Below, piece after piece: positions 1 through 11,388 of a stretch of 64,000 nt of DNA (position 1 is its first letter; each line of letters begins with the position of its first letter). The position numbers were made by a program, and so were the translations under genes. The notes below the pieces were generated by a model. That model worked only from the letters and a program-made list of their open reading frames with translations, did no database searches and had not been told where the DNA came from. Source of the stretch: Mayamaea pseudoterrestris (Eukaryota); contig BROI01000027.1 of NCBI GenBank assembly GCA_027923505.1, positions 62,001 to 126,000 of the forward strand, in the 5' to 3' direction.

Positions 1-834
1 AGTCATGGATGAAGAGAAGGAAGAGTTTCAAGAGCAACAAATCTTCATGTACTCTGCGTTTCGCTTGATTACGGCTGTATGCTCAACATCGCTTGGATGG
101 TTATCGCTACAATAAGGAGACCTTTTGGGAATCCTAACATCAGCTTAACTAAAAATTGTGGCTTGTAAAGCTTGCAGTCTAGTCGTGTAGTAACTTTCTA
201 ATTCCGCGGCTATCCAGCATGCAATTAATGATTAAAGGCATCGTCCGCTTGCATTAGGACTCTCAATGAGCAATCGCCATCAAGGACCTGTCGCTCACTT
301 GACCTCGGCCAGCAATTTGCAGTTGATTAGGCAATTAAACTAAACACATACCAGGACTTTCGCATGTGCTTATAATGATTTGGTATTGAACGACATGCAC
401 TACATTTCTACTGCTGATAAGCCACCATGTTGTTACAAGCGTAGGTGCAAAGTCACTGTCAGATAACACAACCATGCCGTAAACTGGGCTTAGATGCGAC
501 GCGCTACTTAAGCAGAGGAAAACATTGGACTTCGAACACAATCTGGCTCAATACTGGCTGACAGTGAATGCCAATCCCGCGGGCATGCCAACAGGCAAAG
601 TATTGAGTTAAAAGAGGTAGCTACCTGATCAACACGCGGGCCATGCAATCCAACGGATGATTTGACACCGATGCGACACCAATCGGAACCATTCATCTTG
701 CCGGATCATCGAAAAGATGTTGCTGACCCGCCAACCTCAAATTGATCGGCTCTCTTGTCCCTCGACCTTCGCACAACCATCTCACTATCACAAAATCAAG
801 AGCGTTACTTCATCTCGCTAGCATACTTTTCAGC

Positions 835-1998
835 ATGACGTTCTTTCCTCGCTCTAGTCTCGCCGCAGCTCTCGTTGCCGCCGCTTGCGTCTCGTTCGTT
901 CCGTCCACGCTCGCCCAAGACACTTGCCAACTTTGCCCTTCCGGATCAACCATGAACAATGTCGACAAGCCCTTTTACGGAACCGGCGATAACGCGCCTG
1001 CAACCTGCGGAGGTTTCGATGAGTTGCTGGCGCTCATTCCGGCTGATTCCTGCGAGGCGACGCTCGAATCGCAGGGCGTGCTGAGTCCAGTGAACTTGCG
1101 CGTCTACTGCGAGTGCTCCGGCGTGGACGCTCCCAATGTGTGCGACTTGTGCAATGGCGGCGATCTCATTGCAGGGTCCGATGAGCCGTCGCAAATCTTG
1201 GCGGGCTACACGTGCAATCAAATCAATGACTTGTTTGCCAGTTCGACCGAGGCGGATAACTGCGGTGAAAACGACTTGTCGGCTGCTGCGGCACTATGCT
1301 GCGAGGGAGGAACTGGACTTAATATTACCTTTTCGGATGATGACGCCGTTACAGGAGGAAACATGACAGCCATGCCTGACTCCAACAGCACCATGGCTCC
1401 GACCTCGAATGGTGGCGACGAAAACGCGACTGCCATTTGCCAAATTTGCGCCGACGGAAGCGACCCTACCAACGACGCCACTATTCCTCTATTGGAAATG
1501 TCTTGCTCCGTCTTTCAAGCCTTTCCAATCCCTGTAGCAGTGTGCAGTGAACTCAAGTCGCAGATTGCGATTGGAGCGCTCTGTGGATGCGCCGGCGAGG
1601 AACCTCCCAATGCTTGTCCCTTGTGCGGCGACGGACAAGTTTCCAACTCGTCGGATCTTGTCAATGTACCAAACGGGGGCTCATTGACCTGCCAAGATGC
1701 TTTAATGTTGTCTATGTTTGCGGGTGAGAACCTTTGCAACTCGAGTGTCCAGGAGCTGGAGGCTGTTTGCTGCGTGGATGCTTCCGCAGCGACAGTAGCA
1801 CCTACTCCAGCCGAAGCGGATTCCCCTGTGGCGGCGCCAACGGCCGGAAGCGGCAGCGATACGTCGGAACCTACTGCTGCGCCAATTGGAGCTACCAATG
1901 AACAAGACTCTAGTACAAGTATGGCTGCCCAGCCGAATCACGGCTTGACGTCAATGGTCGGCGGATTTTTGATTGCCGTTGTGGCTGCAATGATGTAA
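835..1998 (+). CDS. Cys-rich secreted/cell-surface protein, probably GPI-anchored, with two copies of a Cys-rich module
   Basis: First ATG is at 835 (the ORF track starts at a non-ATG codon). Hydrophobic signal peptide ends ...STLA|Q. Two related modules (CQLC..TC..C..CEC..PNVCDLC..TC..C..CC and CQIC..SC..C..CGC..PNACPLC..TC..C..CC) are followed by an S/T/P/A-rich stalk with APT repeats and a hydrophobic C-terminal tail. Confidence 0.8.
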   Translation: MTFFPRSSLAAALVAAACVSFVPSTLAQDTCQLCPSGSTMNNVDKPFYGTGDNAPATCGGFDELLALIPADSCEATLESQGVLSPVNLRVYCECSGVDAPNVCDLCNGGDLIAGSDEPSQILAGYTCNQINDLFASSTEADNCGENDLSAAAALCCEGGTGLNITFSDDDAVTGGNMTAMPDSNSTMAPTSNGGDENATAICQICADGSDPTNDATIPLLEMSCSVFQAFPIPVAVCSELKSQIAIGALCGCAGEEPPNACPLCGDGQVSNSSDLVNVPNGGSLTCQDALMLSMFAGENLCNSSVQELEAVCCVDASAATVAPTPAEADSPVAAPTAGSGSDTSEPTAAPIGATNEQDSSTSMAAQPNHGLTSMVGGFLIAVVAAMM

Positions 1999-2362
1999 AT
2001 GGTTTTCCCGGCGGATGAAGTATGATTTTGTGGTTGTTTGTGCGGAAGACGGTATTTGCGATTCGTATTGAGCGATAGCAGCGGAGAGCTATTTATGGTT
2101 AACTTTAGCTTCTCTGTTACTCGTATACCGGAGTTGATTGTAGTGTATCAACCCTATCCAGACGTGGTACTTGTAGTAGCAAGCAGTCGATGATGATGCA
2201 TATCAATATGAAGCCCGAGTTTGAACGTCATATACAATTTATCTACGTCTACACCTTCAGCGTTTCGCGCGTATACGTGCACAAGAGCGGGTTTATGTTC
2301 ATGCTATTCCTAACCCCTGTTGTTTTGTGTGTTCTCTTTTAACTGATCTTTGTATAATTTTA

Positions 2363-4111
2363 TCAATCAAACGACTTGCAGCTATGATTCGATCGTCCCA
2401 AACTCTGCTGCGAGTCATGTCGATTTATGCCGCGCATGGGATGCTGCAAATGGTACTTGGCCGCGCTTGACGACCGTCTGACTGGAACAGCCCGACCATT
2501 CGACGACTCGTTGTCCATCAAACTTCTCGAAGAGTTTTGACTATGCATCGAGTTGGTCCGACCAACGCCGCTGCGAGCTGCTGATTGACCCGTTGACAAG
2601 CTCCGATTGGAAAGTTGCTTGACAAAGTTGCGGCTCATGGCGGACCGACGCATGCTTTCGCATAGTTGCGACATGGCTTCGTTTAATTGAGGGGCACCGC
2701 CACCAGCCGGAACAGCTCCCGCGGATAAGACTGGCATGACCAAATTGCCGGACGGCATGGCGTGAAAGGAGGTGCCGCGTCGTTGCATACTTGCAGGGTC
2801 GTGCAAGGACTGACTCAGCGATTGGTTCATCGCGGAACGCGATTGGAACGGTTGACGTTGAGTTTGGTGTTTGTAGGGGTTTCCATGAAGTGAGTGCGAA
2901 AGGGAACTATTGTTCGCTGCACGCATTATGATGGAAGCATCTTGGTCGAGCCCTTGCGAAAATGGTGGAGCTTGTTGGTTCTGCATAAGAACAGTCCTCA
3001 TTTGCGATAACTGACTCATACTGGCTGAGCTTTGAGGAACGTACGCTCTTCCTCCAGGGGAGATTCGAACGGATCCAGGGATTGCTTGATTGTATACAAT
3101 CGGAGCAGGAGCAAGAGCATAAGATTGCTGCTGCATGGGCTGCTGCTGCACAAACTGCTGCTGAGGCTCCAATGATGTCGACGCCATGTACTGCTGCTGC
3201 TGCTGCAGCTGCTGCATCGAGTTGCTATATTGATTTGTCTGGCCTCCTTGATTCATGGTCGCTTGCTGCTGTTGTTGCTGCTGCATTTGCATCAACTGCA
3301 AGGTCTGCATGTCGTTGAACTGCTGCGACGTTGGCATTTGAGGAGGCATGCCAATGGGAGCTGGTTCAAACTGCCGATGCATCTGAGATGTTTGCTGCAT
3401 GTAACTGGCCGGCTGCTGCTGATGCGTTTGCTGATGATGCTGGCCAAGTAAGCTATCATTTGCCATATACGCTTGCATCGCCGGCTGAAGCGCCTGATTT
3501 GTATTGTAGCTGTTGTATCCATTCATATTTTGATGATCACTAGACACCATCATGGGAGAAGCCTTCGCCATTCTTCCAGTCGGAATGTTCAGTTGCGACA
3601 CCGAAGGTCCTAGGAATTGAAAGTCCTCGGTTGAAGGCTCCGGAGTCGCGCCATCGTTTGCGAAGGAATCAACCGTTTCCGGACTGCTATTCGTGTTCAT
3701 GCTCGTATTCATGGCACTTGAAGCTGCCATTGGAGTCTTCATGACATTACTGTCCCCGATAGAATTGTATGGGCTATAGCGCTGATAATTACTGCTCGAC
3801 CTTGGAGAGAAGTCTTCATTCGTATCGCGACACGAGGGGAGCGAGTCGTCCTGAAACGTTCCAAATGAGAGTTCGTTCGTGAAACTCTCCTGATACTTGT
3901 CATACAGCGGCAAATTAAGCAGCGCAATGGGATCGAAATCGTCATTCATGCTGCCACCAAGAGCTTCTTCCATCGCGGAGCTCTTCAAGCCTCGCTCCAC
4001 GGCAGCGGCCGCTTCTGCCGACAATTCTTTCTCATCCTTCATCGAGTTGCTTGTAGATTCTTCCTCTACTGATGTATGGAGAGAAGCCTCGAGGCCAACC
4101 ATGGTATTCAT
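2363..4111 (-). CDS. Q/S/M-rich low-complexity protein of unknown function
   Basis: Open frame of ~580 codons with poly-Q tracts and no recognisable domain. First in-frame ATG is at 4111; an upstream exon is possible. Confidence 0.7.
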   Translation of the reverse strand: MNTMVGLEASLHTSVEEESTSNSMKDEKELSAEAAAAVERGLKSSAMEEALGGSMNDDFDPIALLNLPLYDKYQESFTNELSFGTFQDDSLPSCRDTNEDFSPRSSSNYQRYSPYNSIGDSNVMKTPMAASSAMNTSMNTNSSPETVDSFANDGATPEPSTEDFQFLGPSVSQLNIPTGRMAKASPMMVSSDHQNMNGYNSYNTNQALQPAMQAYMANDSLLGQHHQQTHQQQPASYMQQTSQMHRQFEPAPIGMPPQMPTSQQFNDMQTLQLMQMQQQQQQQATMNQGGQTNQYSNSMQQLQQQQQYMASTSLEPQQQFVQQQPMQQQSYALAPAPIVYNQAIPGSVRISPGGRAYVPQSSASMSQLSQMRTVLMQNQQAPPFSQGLDQDASIIMRAANNSSLSHSLHGNPYKHQTQRQPFQSRSAMNQSLSQSLHDPASMQRRGTSFHAMPSGNLVMPVLSAGAVPAGGGAPQLNEAMSQLCESMRRSAMSRNFVKQLSNRSLSTGQSAARSGVGRTNSMHSQNSSRSLMDNESSNGRAVPVRRSSSAAKYHLQHPMRGINRHDSQQSLGRSNHSCKSFD

Positions 4112-4543
4112 ATTACCGATGTCCACGGAACGTATCTAATAGTCGAATGAAGTGAAGGAAAATGGCCGAGTCGTTTGCTCTCACCTCTCCGGCTGTCGGA
4201 GATCAGAGTGAGGCAGCCTCAAGACGTTCCGCCGCGCTCACGTAAGCTCAGTACCGTTAGCTACATGCCAAGACCTGCACGCGCACTAACATGTGCCTAC
4301 TCGTAGAATGCCGAACGACGCCCACCATAGTCGTACACCATAAATGGAAGGCAGTCAGTCATGCTTCAACGTCATTGCCCCCGAACAGCTGACTTGTGCG
4401 TCAACAATGCTATGTACTGTACAGGGGGGAACAATAACAGCAGGTTGCAAACGAAAAACAGCAACTGCAGCGGTACCTTTACTTGTCATAGTGCATGGTG
4501 CCTTGTATGCAGGAAATAGTAAACATGCAGACAAGAAAGAAGC

Positions 4544-4604
4544 AGCATGATTAGAGTGATATAACCAGTTATCCTCGGTTTGATTCCGAGGCATGCTACT
4601 TTTT
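4544..4604 (+). pseudogene. tRNA-like remnant (acceptor stem + T-arm/B-box + oligo-T), lacking an intact D/anticodon arm
   Basis: CTCGG-TTTGATT-CCGAG forms a 5-bp stem with a 7-nt loop and matches the B-box GGTTCGATTCC except one C>T. AGCATG (4544) can pair with CATGCT (4592-4597). TTTTT follows at 4600-4604. At ~55 nt it is too short for a full tRNA. Confidence 0.25.
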
Positions 4605-4729
4605 AGGGGATAGTGTGACTACATTTCATTGCATACCTGTTAATAATGACGTCAATGCTATACTGTCCTCTACCCATCTATTCTATTGACAACTAACTTT
4701 GATCTCAACTTAGGATTCATACAAACATT

Positions 4730-5100
4730 GTATGTGGGTTGCAATGGCATGCTTAAAACCATGTTGGCAAGGTTGAACCATCATACAAATCCCAACTGAA
4801 AATGAGCTGCATTTGGCCACTTGGAGGAATCTAATTGTCTCCATCTACCATGGCAACTAACTGAATGGCTGCTGTTTTCAATATCAGTGAGGGTTGTGGA
4901 GAAAAGTTCCGGATATGATGGCAAGGTAGGATCAGTTCACAAATCCCATCTGATAGTTTGGAGTGTTTGACCTTTTGGAGGAAAACTTACTTACCATAAT
5001 CATATTTACTGACTGATTTTCAAACATCTTATCATTAGAGCTATACATACACCTTATGAGAAATGCAATGGCATGCTCAGAATCATGTTGGTAAGATTGA
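4730..5100 (+). repeat. Diverged copy of satellite family E (369-bp unit)
   Basis: Shares tgcaatggcatgct...caaggttgaa...cccaactgaaa and aatcccatctgatagtttg...actgactgat with 25885-26611 and 38582-39322. Confidence 0.75.
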
Positions 5101-5154
5101 ACAAAGTTCAGGCGGTCCTAGTGGCAGAGTTGGGTTGGGATACTGAATGGGCTT

Positions 5155-5430
5155 GAAATGAAAGCATTGCACTTTCTACATCATGATACACTGCCTATCA
5201 ACTGCCAGCCATCAATGTATATAACATTGGCATTTTGAGTGGGTCATGGTAGCCTGCTACTATGGACAAGCCAGATGGTCCTACTGGCATGACTTAGGAA
5301 CAAGGTAGGCTAGAGATGAATGCATTGCACTTTCTACATCATGAAACAATGCCTGTCAGCTGCCAGCCATCAATGTATACAACATTGGCCGTTGGAGGGG
5401 GTCATGGCAGCCTGCTATTATGGACAAGTT
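5155..5430 (+). repeat. Two-copy direct repeat, period ~158 bp (family X)
   Basis: cattgcactttctacatcatga...ctgccagccatcaatgtat...tatggacaag occurs at ~5165 and ~5323. Confidence 0.85.
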
Positions 5431-5464
5431 TGGGGCCACAAAATTCAGCCAGTCCAAATGGCAG

Positions 5465-6452
5465 AACATCCATAGCTGACTACTAGCAGCCGCTGTATGG
5501 GAGGGCACTTCAGACATCCACACAGGAACCAGCACCATGGTGCTACCGGTACAGTGCATGGCCTTCCAAATCTACTCCCAATTTTTCTCCATCAATCCTG
5601 TTTGGCTATGCTTGGGGACATGCCTGCGGTGAGATTGGTGAAAAAAATCATCCATAGCGGATTCCTAGCAGCTACGGTATGGGAGGGCAGTTCAGACATT
5701 TACACAGGAACCAGCACCATGGCGCTACAGTGCATGGCATTCAAACCTTACCCCAATTGTAGTCTTGCTCCATCAATTCCATTTGGCTATGCTTGATAAC
5801 ATGCTTGCAGTGAGATTGGTAAAAATTATCCATAGCTGTTTCCAAGCAGCTATGGTATGGGAGGGCAGTTCAGACATTTACACAGGAGCCAGCACCATGG
5901 CGCTACAGTGCATGGCATTCAAACCTTACCCCAATTGTAGTCTTGCTCCATCAATTCCATTTGGCTATGCTTGATAACATGCTTGCAGTGAGATTGGTAA
6001 AAAAACATCCATAGCTGTTTCCAAGCAGCTATGGTATGGGAGGGCAGTTCAGACATTTACACAAGAACCAGCACCATGGCGCTACAGTGCATGGCATTCA
6101 AACCTTATCCCAATTGTATTCTTGCTCCATCAATTCCATTTGGCTATGCTTGATATCATGCTTGCAGTGAGATTGGTAAAAAACATCCATAGCTGTTTCC
6201 AAGCAGCTATGGTATGGGTGGACAATTCAGACATCCACACATGAACCAGCTCCAAGTGCATGGCCTAATTGTAGTATTGCTCATCAATCCTGTATTGCTA
6301 TGCTTGGGGACATGCTTGCGGTGAGATTGGTGCAAAAAATTCATCCATAGTGAATTTCTAGCAGCTATGGTATGGGAGGGCAATCCAGACATCCACACAG
6401 GTACTGCAATATGGTGCTACAGTGCATGGCCTTCCAAACCTACCCCCAATTG
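5465..6452 (+). repeat. Satellite family A, ~179-bp monomer, ~5.5 copies
   Basis: Anchor gtatggg recurs at 5495, 5677, 5855, 6034, 6212 and 6370. Confidence 0.95.
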
Positions 6453-6454
6453 TC

Positions 6455-9400
6455 ATGTATACATTGTGTAAAGGTGGCAATGGCTGAAAAGGCAATAAGG
6501 GCCATAGTTTGACTGGTTCGGATTCATAGACTGCGCTTATGTTCTATCTGGCCCATTTACTCCCACAGCCTTTCCAAAACTTGAGCTTGCCAGATTCGTT
6601 TGTGTTTGTTGGCCTCATTGATAGCTTGGCCAATGGTGGCAATGTTGGTAAGTGATGGGGATGCCCAGCGGACCTGGTGGTGTGATGTGGCGACATACGG
6701 GATACTTAGCTATGTGGAAGCTAGCATGTCTACTCACAAAACTAAACGGATTTGCATAACCGCCAAGGTTGTAGAGGTTGATTGACCTTACCAAAAGCTT
6801 TTTGAAAGGTGGGAATGCTTCCAATGAGGGGGACGGCCTAAGTTCTGTGGGTGCTGCCACTGCTGCTGCGGGACATACGGTCGCACAAAATACAGCGTAT
6901 CTACTCCTGTTTTGCCAGGAACACATAAGTTGTCCAACATTGTATGTGTCATAGTACCTCATGTATACCCTGTTGAAAGGTGGCAATGGCTAAAAAGACA
7001 ATCACAGCCATAGTTTGATTGGTTCGGATTCATAGACTGCGGCCAGATTCGTTTGTGTTTGTTGGCCTAATTGATAGCTTGGCCAATGGTGGCAATGTTG
7101 GTAAGTGATGGGGATGCCCAGCGGACCTGGTGGTGTGATGTGGCGACATACGGGATACTTAGCTATGTGGAAGCTAGCATGTCTACTCACAAAACTAAAC
7201 GGATTTGCATAACCGCCAAGGTTGTAGAGGTTGATTGACCTTACCAAAAGCTTTTTGAAAGGTGGGAATGCTTCCAATGAGGGGGACGGCCTAAGTTCTG
7301 TGGGTGCTGCCACTGCTGCTGCGGGACATACGGTCGCACAAAATACAGCGTATCTACTCCTGTTTTGCCAGGAACACATAAGTTGTCCAACATTGTATGT
7401 GTCATAGTACCTCATGTATACCCTGTTGAAAGGTGGCAATGGCTAAAAAGACAATCACAGCCATAGTTTGATTGGTTCGGATTCATAGACTGCGCTGTTG
7501 TTCTATTTGGCCCATCTACTCCCACAGCTTTCCCAAAACTTGAGCTTGCCAGGTTTATTTGTCTTTGTAGGCCTCATGGATAGCTTCGCTGATGGTGGCA
7601 ATGTTGGTAATTGATGGGGATGCCCAGTGGACCTGGTGGTGTAGTGTGGTGACATACGGGATACTTAGCTATGTGGAAGCAAGCATGTCTACTCCCAAAT
7701 CTTGAAGGATTTGCATGACCACCAAGGTTGTAGTGGATGATTGACTTTATAAAAAGTTTTTTGAAAGGTGGGAATGCTTCACATGATGGGGATGGCCAAT
7801 TTATGCAGGTGCTGCCGCTGCTGCTGTGTGACATACAGTCGCACAAAATACAGTATATCTACTCCTGTTTTGCCAGGAACACATGAGTTGTCCAACATTG
7901 AATGAGTCATAGCTGCTCACGTATATCTTGTTGAAAGGTGGCATTGGCTAAAATGACAGTCAGAGCCATAGTTTGATTGGTTTGGATTCATAGACTGCGC
8001 TGTTGTTCTATTTGGCCCATCTACTCCCACAACTTTCCCAAAACTGGAGCTTGCCAGGTTTGTTTGGTTTTGTTGGCCTCATTGATTGCTTGGCCAATGG
8101 TGGCAATGTTGGTAATTGATGGGGATGCCCAGCGGACCTGGTGGTGTGATGTGGCGACATACGGGATACTTAGCTATGTGGAAGCTAGCATGTCTACTCA
8201 CAAAACATAAAGGATTTGCATAACCGCCAAGGTTGTAGAGGTTGATTGACCTTACCAAAAGCTTTTTGAAAGGTGGGAATGCTTCAAATGACGGGGACGA
8301 CCTAAGTTCTGTGGGTGCTGCCGCTGCTGCTGCGGGGCATATGGTCGCACAAAATACAGCGTATCTACTCCTGTTTTGCCAGGAACCCATAAGTTGTCCA
8401 ACATTGTATGTGTCATAGTACCTCATGTATACCCTGTTGAAAGGTGGCAATGGCTAAAAAGACAATCACAGCCATAGTTTGATTGGTTCGGACTCATAGA
8501 CTGCGCTGTTGTTCTATTTGGTCCATCTACTCCCACAGCTTTCCCAAAACTTGAGCTTGCCAGGTTTGTTTGTCTTTGTTGGCCTCATTGATAGCTTGGC
8601 CAATGGTGGCAATGTTGGTAATTGATGGGGATGCCCAGTTCACCCAGCAGACCTGGTGGTGTGATGTGGCGACATACGGGATACTTAGCTATGTGGAAGC
8701 TAGCATATCTACTCACAAAACTTAAAAGATTTGCATAACCGCCAAGATTGTAAAGGTTGATTGACCTTACCAAAACCTTTTGAAAGGTGGGAATGATTCA
8801 AATGAGGGGGACGGCCTAGTTCTGTGGGTGCTGCCGCTGCTGCTGCGGGACATACGGTCGCCCAAAATACAGCGTATCTACTCCTGTTTTGCCAGGAACA
8901 CATAAGTTGTCCAACATTGTATGTGTCATAGTACCTCATGTATACCCTGTTGAAAGGTGGCAATGGCTAAAAAGACAATCACAGCCATAGTTTGATTGGT
9001 TCGGATTCATAGACTGCGCTGTTGTTCTATTTGGCCCATCTACTCCCACAGCTTTCCCAAAACTTGAGCTTGCCAGGTTTGTTTGTCTTTGTAGGCCTCA
9101 TGGATAGCTTGGCCGATGGTGGCAATGTTGGTAATTGATGGGGATGCCCAGCGGACCTGGTGGTGTAGTGTGGTGACATACGGGATACTTAGCTATGTGG
9201 AAGCAAGCATGTCTACTCCCAAATCTTGAAGGATTTGCATGACCACCAAGGTTGTAGTGGATGATTGACTTTATAAAAAGTTTTTTGAAAGGTGGGAATG
9301 CTTCACATGATGGGGATGGCCAAAGTTTTGCAGGTGCTGCCGCTGCTGCTGTGTGACATACAGTCGCACAAAATACAGTATATCTACTCCTGTTTTGCCA

Positions 9401-10320
9401 GGAACACATGAGTTGACCAACATTGAATGAGTCATAGTTGCTCACGTATATCTTGTTGAAAGGTGGCATTTGCTAAAATGACAGTCAGAGCCATAGTTTG
9501 ATTGGTTTGGATTCATAGACTGCGCTGTTGTTCTATTTGGCCTATCTACTCCCACAGCTTTCCCAAAACTTGAGTTTGCCAGGTTTGTTTGTCTTTGTAG
9601 GCCTCATTGATAGCTTGGCCAATGGTGGCAATGTTGGTAATTGATGGGGATGCCCAGCGGACCTGGTGGTGTGATGTGGCGACATACGGGATACTTAGCT
9701 ATGTGGAAGCTAGCATGTCTACTCACAAAACATAAAGGATTTGCATGACCGCCAAGGTTGAAGTGGATGATTGACTTTATAAAAAGCTTTTTGAAAGGTG
9801 GGAATGCTTCACATGATGGGGATGGCCAAAGTTTTGCGGGTGCTGCCGCTGCTGCTGTGTGACATACAGTCGCACAAAATACAGTATATCTACTCCTGTT
9901 TTGCCAGGAACACATGAGTTGACCAACATTGAATGAGTAATAGTTGCTCACGTATATCTTGTTGAAAGGTGGCATTTGCTATAATGACAGTCAGAGCCAC
10001 AGTTTGATTGGTTTGGATTCATAGACTGCGCTGTTGTTCTATTTGGCCCATCTACTCCCACAGCTTTTTCAAAACTTGAGCTTGCCAGATTTGTTTGGTT
10101 TTGTTGGCCTCATTATGGTGGGGGGGCATGTTGGTGATTGGGGGATGCCCAGCGGACCTGGGTGTGTGCGTTGGCCTCATTGATAGCTTGGCCAATGGTG
10201 GCAATGTTGGTAATTGATGGGGATGCCCAGCGGACCTGGTGGTGTGATGTGGCGACATACGGGATACTTAGCTATGTGGAAGCTAGCATGTCTACTCACA
10301 AAACTTAAGGGATTTGCATA
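6455..10320 (+). repeat. Satellite family B, ~506-bp unit (trimer of diverged 162/173/171-bp subunits), ~7.5 copies
   Basis: aaggtggca anchor near 6471, 6977, 7430, 7935, 8441, 8954, 9460 and 9966. The internal motifs ggtgg(c/g)aatg and tctactc recur at 162/173/171-bp spacing. Confidence 0.95.
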
Positions 10321-10321
10321 A

Positions 10322-11388
10322 CTTATGGAATCATACTACTACAATGCCCCGTGCCCTGATCACCCAACAACCCAATGAGTCATGCAAAACATGTCCAGGG
10401 TGTGCCATTGACATGAGGATGGTCTGGCATGGTGCAAAACGGACTGCCTTGAGGCCTACAGCATGGAATGATCTGCAAGATGGGTGTGGCCAACACCCCA
10501 AATTATGGAACCATACCACTACAATGCCCCATGCCCTGGCCAACCAACAACCCAAGGAGTCAGGCAAAACATGTCCAGGGTGTGCCATTGACATGAGGAT
10601 GGTCTGAAATGGTGCAAAAGAGACTGCCTGGAGGCCTACACCCTCTGCAAATTGGGTGTGGCCAACACCCCAAATTATGGAATCGTACCACTACAATGCC
10701 CCATGCCCTGATAACCCAACAACCCAATGAGTCATGCAAAACATGTCCAGGGTGTGCCATTGACATGAGGATGTTCTGACATGGTGCAAAACAGTCTGCC
10801 TAGAGGCCTACAGCATGGAATGGTCTGCAAGATGGGTGTGGCCAACACCCCAAATTATGGAATCATACCACTACAATGCCCCATGCCCTGGAAACCCAAC
10901 AACCCAATGAGTCATGCAAAACATGTCCAGGGTGTGCCATTGACATGAGGATGGTCTGACATGGTGCAAAACGGACTGCCTGGAGGCCTACAGCATGAAA
11001 TGGTCTGCAAGATGGGTGTGGCCAACACCCCAAATAATGGAATCATACCACTACAATGCCCCATGCCCTGGCCACCCAACAACCCAATGAGTCAGGCAAA
11101 ACATGTTCAGGGTGTGCCATTGACATGAGGATGGTCTGACATGGTGCCAAACGGACTGCCTGGAGGCCTACACCATCTGCAAAATGGGTGTGGCCAACAC
11201 CCAAATTATGGAATCATACCACTACAATGCCCTGTGCCCTGATCACCCAACAACCCAATGAGTCATGCAAAACATGTCAAGGGGGTGATTTGACATGAGG
11301 ATGGTCTGACATGGTGCAAAACGGACTGCCTGGAGGCCTACAGCATGGAATGGTCTGCAAGATGGGTGTGGCCAACACCCTAAATTAT
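10322..11388 (+). repeat. Satellite family C, ~180-bp monomer (172-bp deletion variants), ~6 copies
   Basis: ttatggaatcataccactacaatgcccc recurs every 171-180 bp. Confidence 0.95.

Noticed and set aside
1..740. Short ORFs and a possible gene tail at the window start
   Set aside because: They are too short and lack recognisable features, so they cannot be supported from this window alone.
6600..10766. Repeated 123-aa ORFs (MPPFNRVYMRYY...) in family B and ORFs in family C
   Set aside because: They have non-ATG starts, are broken in several copies, and are fully explained by the tandem repeat.
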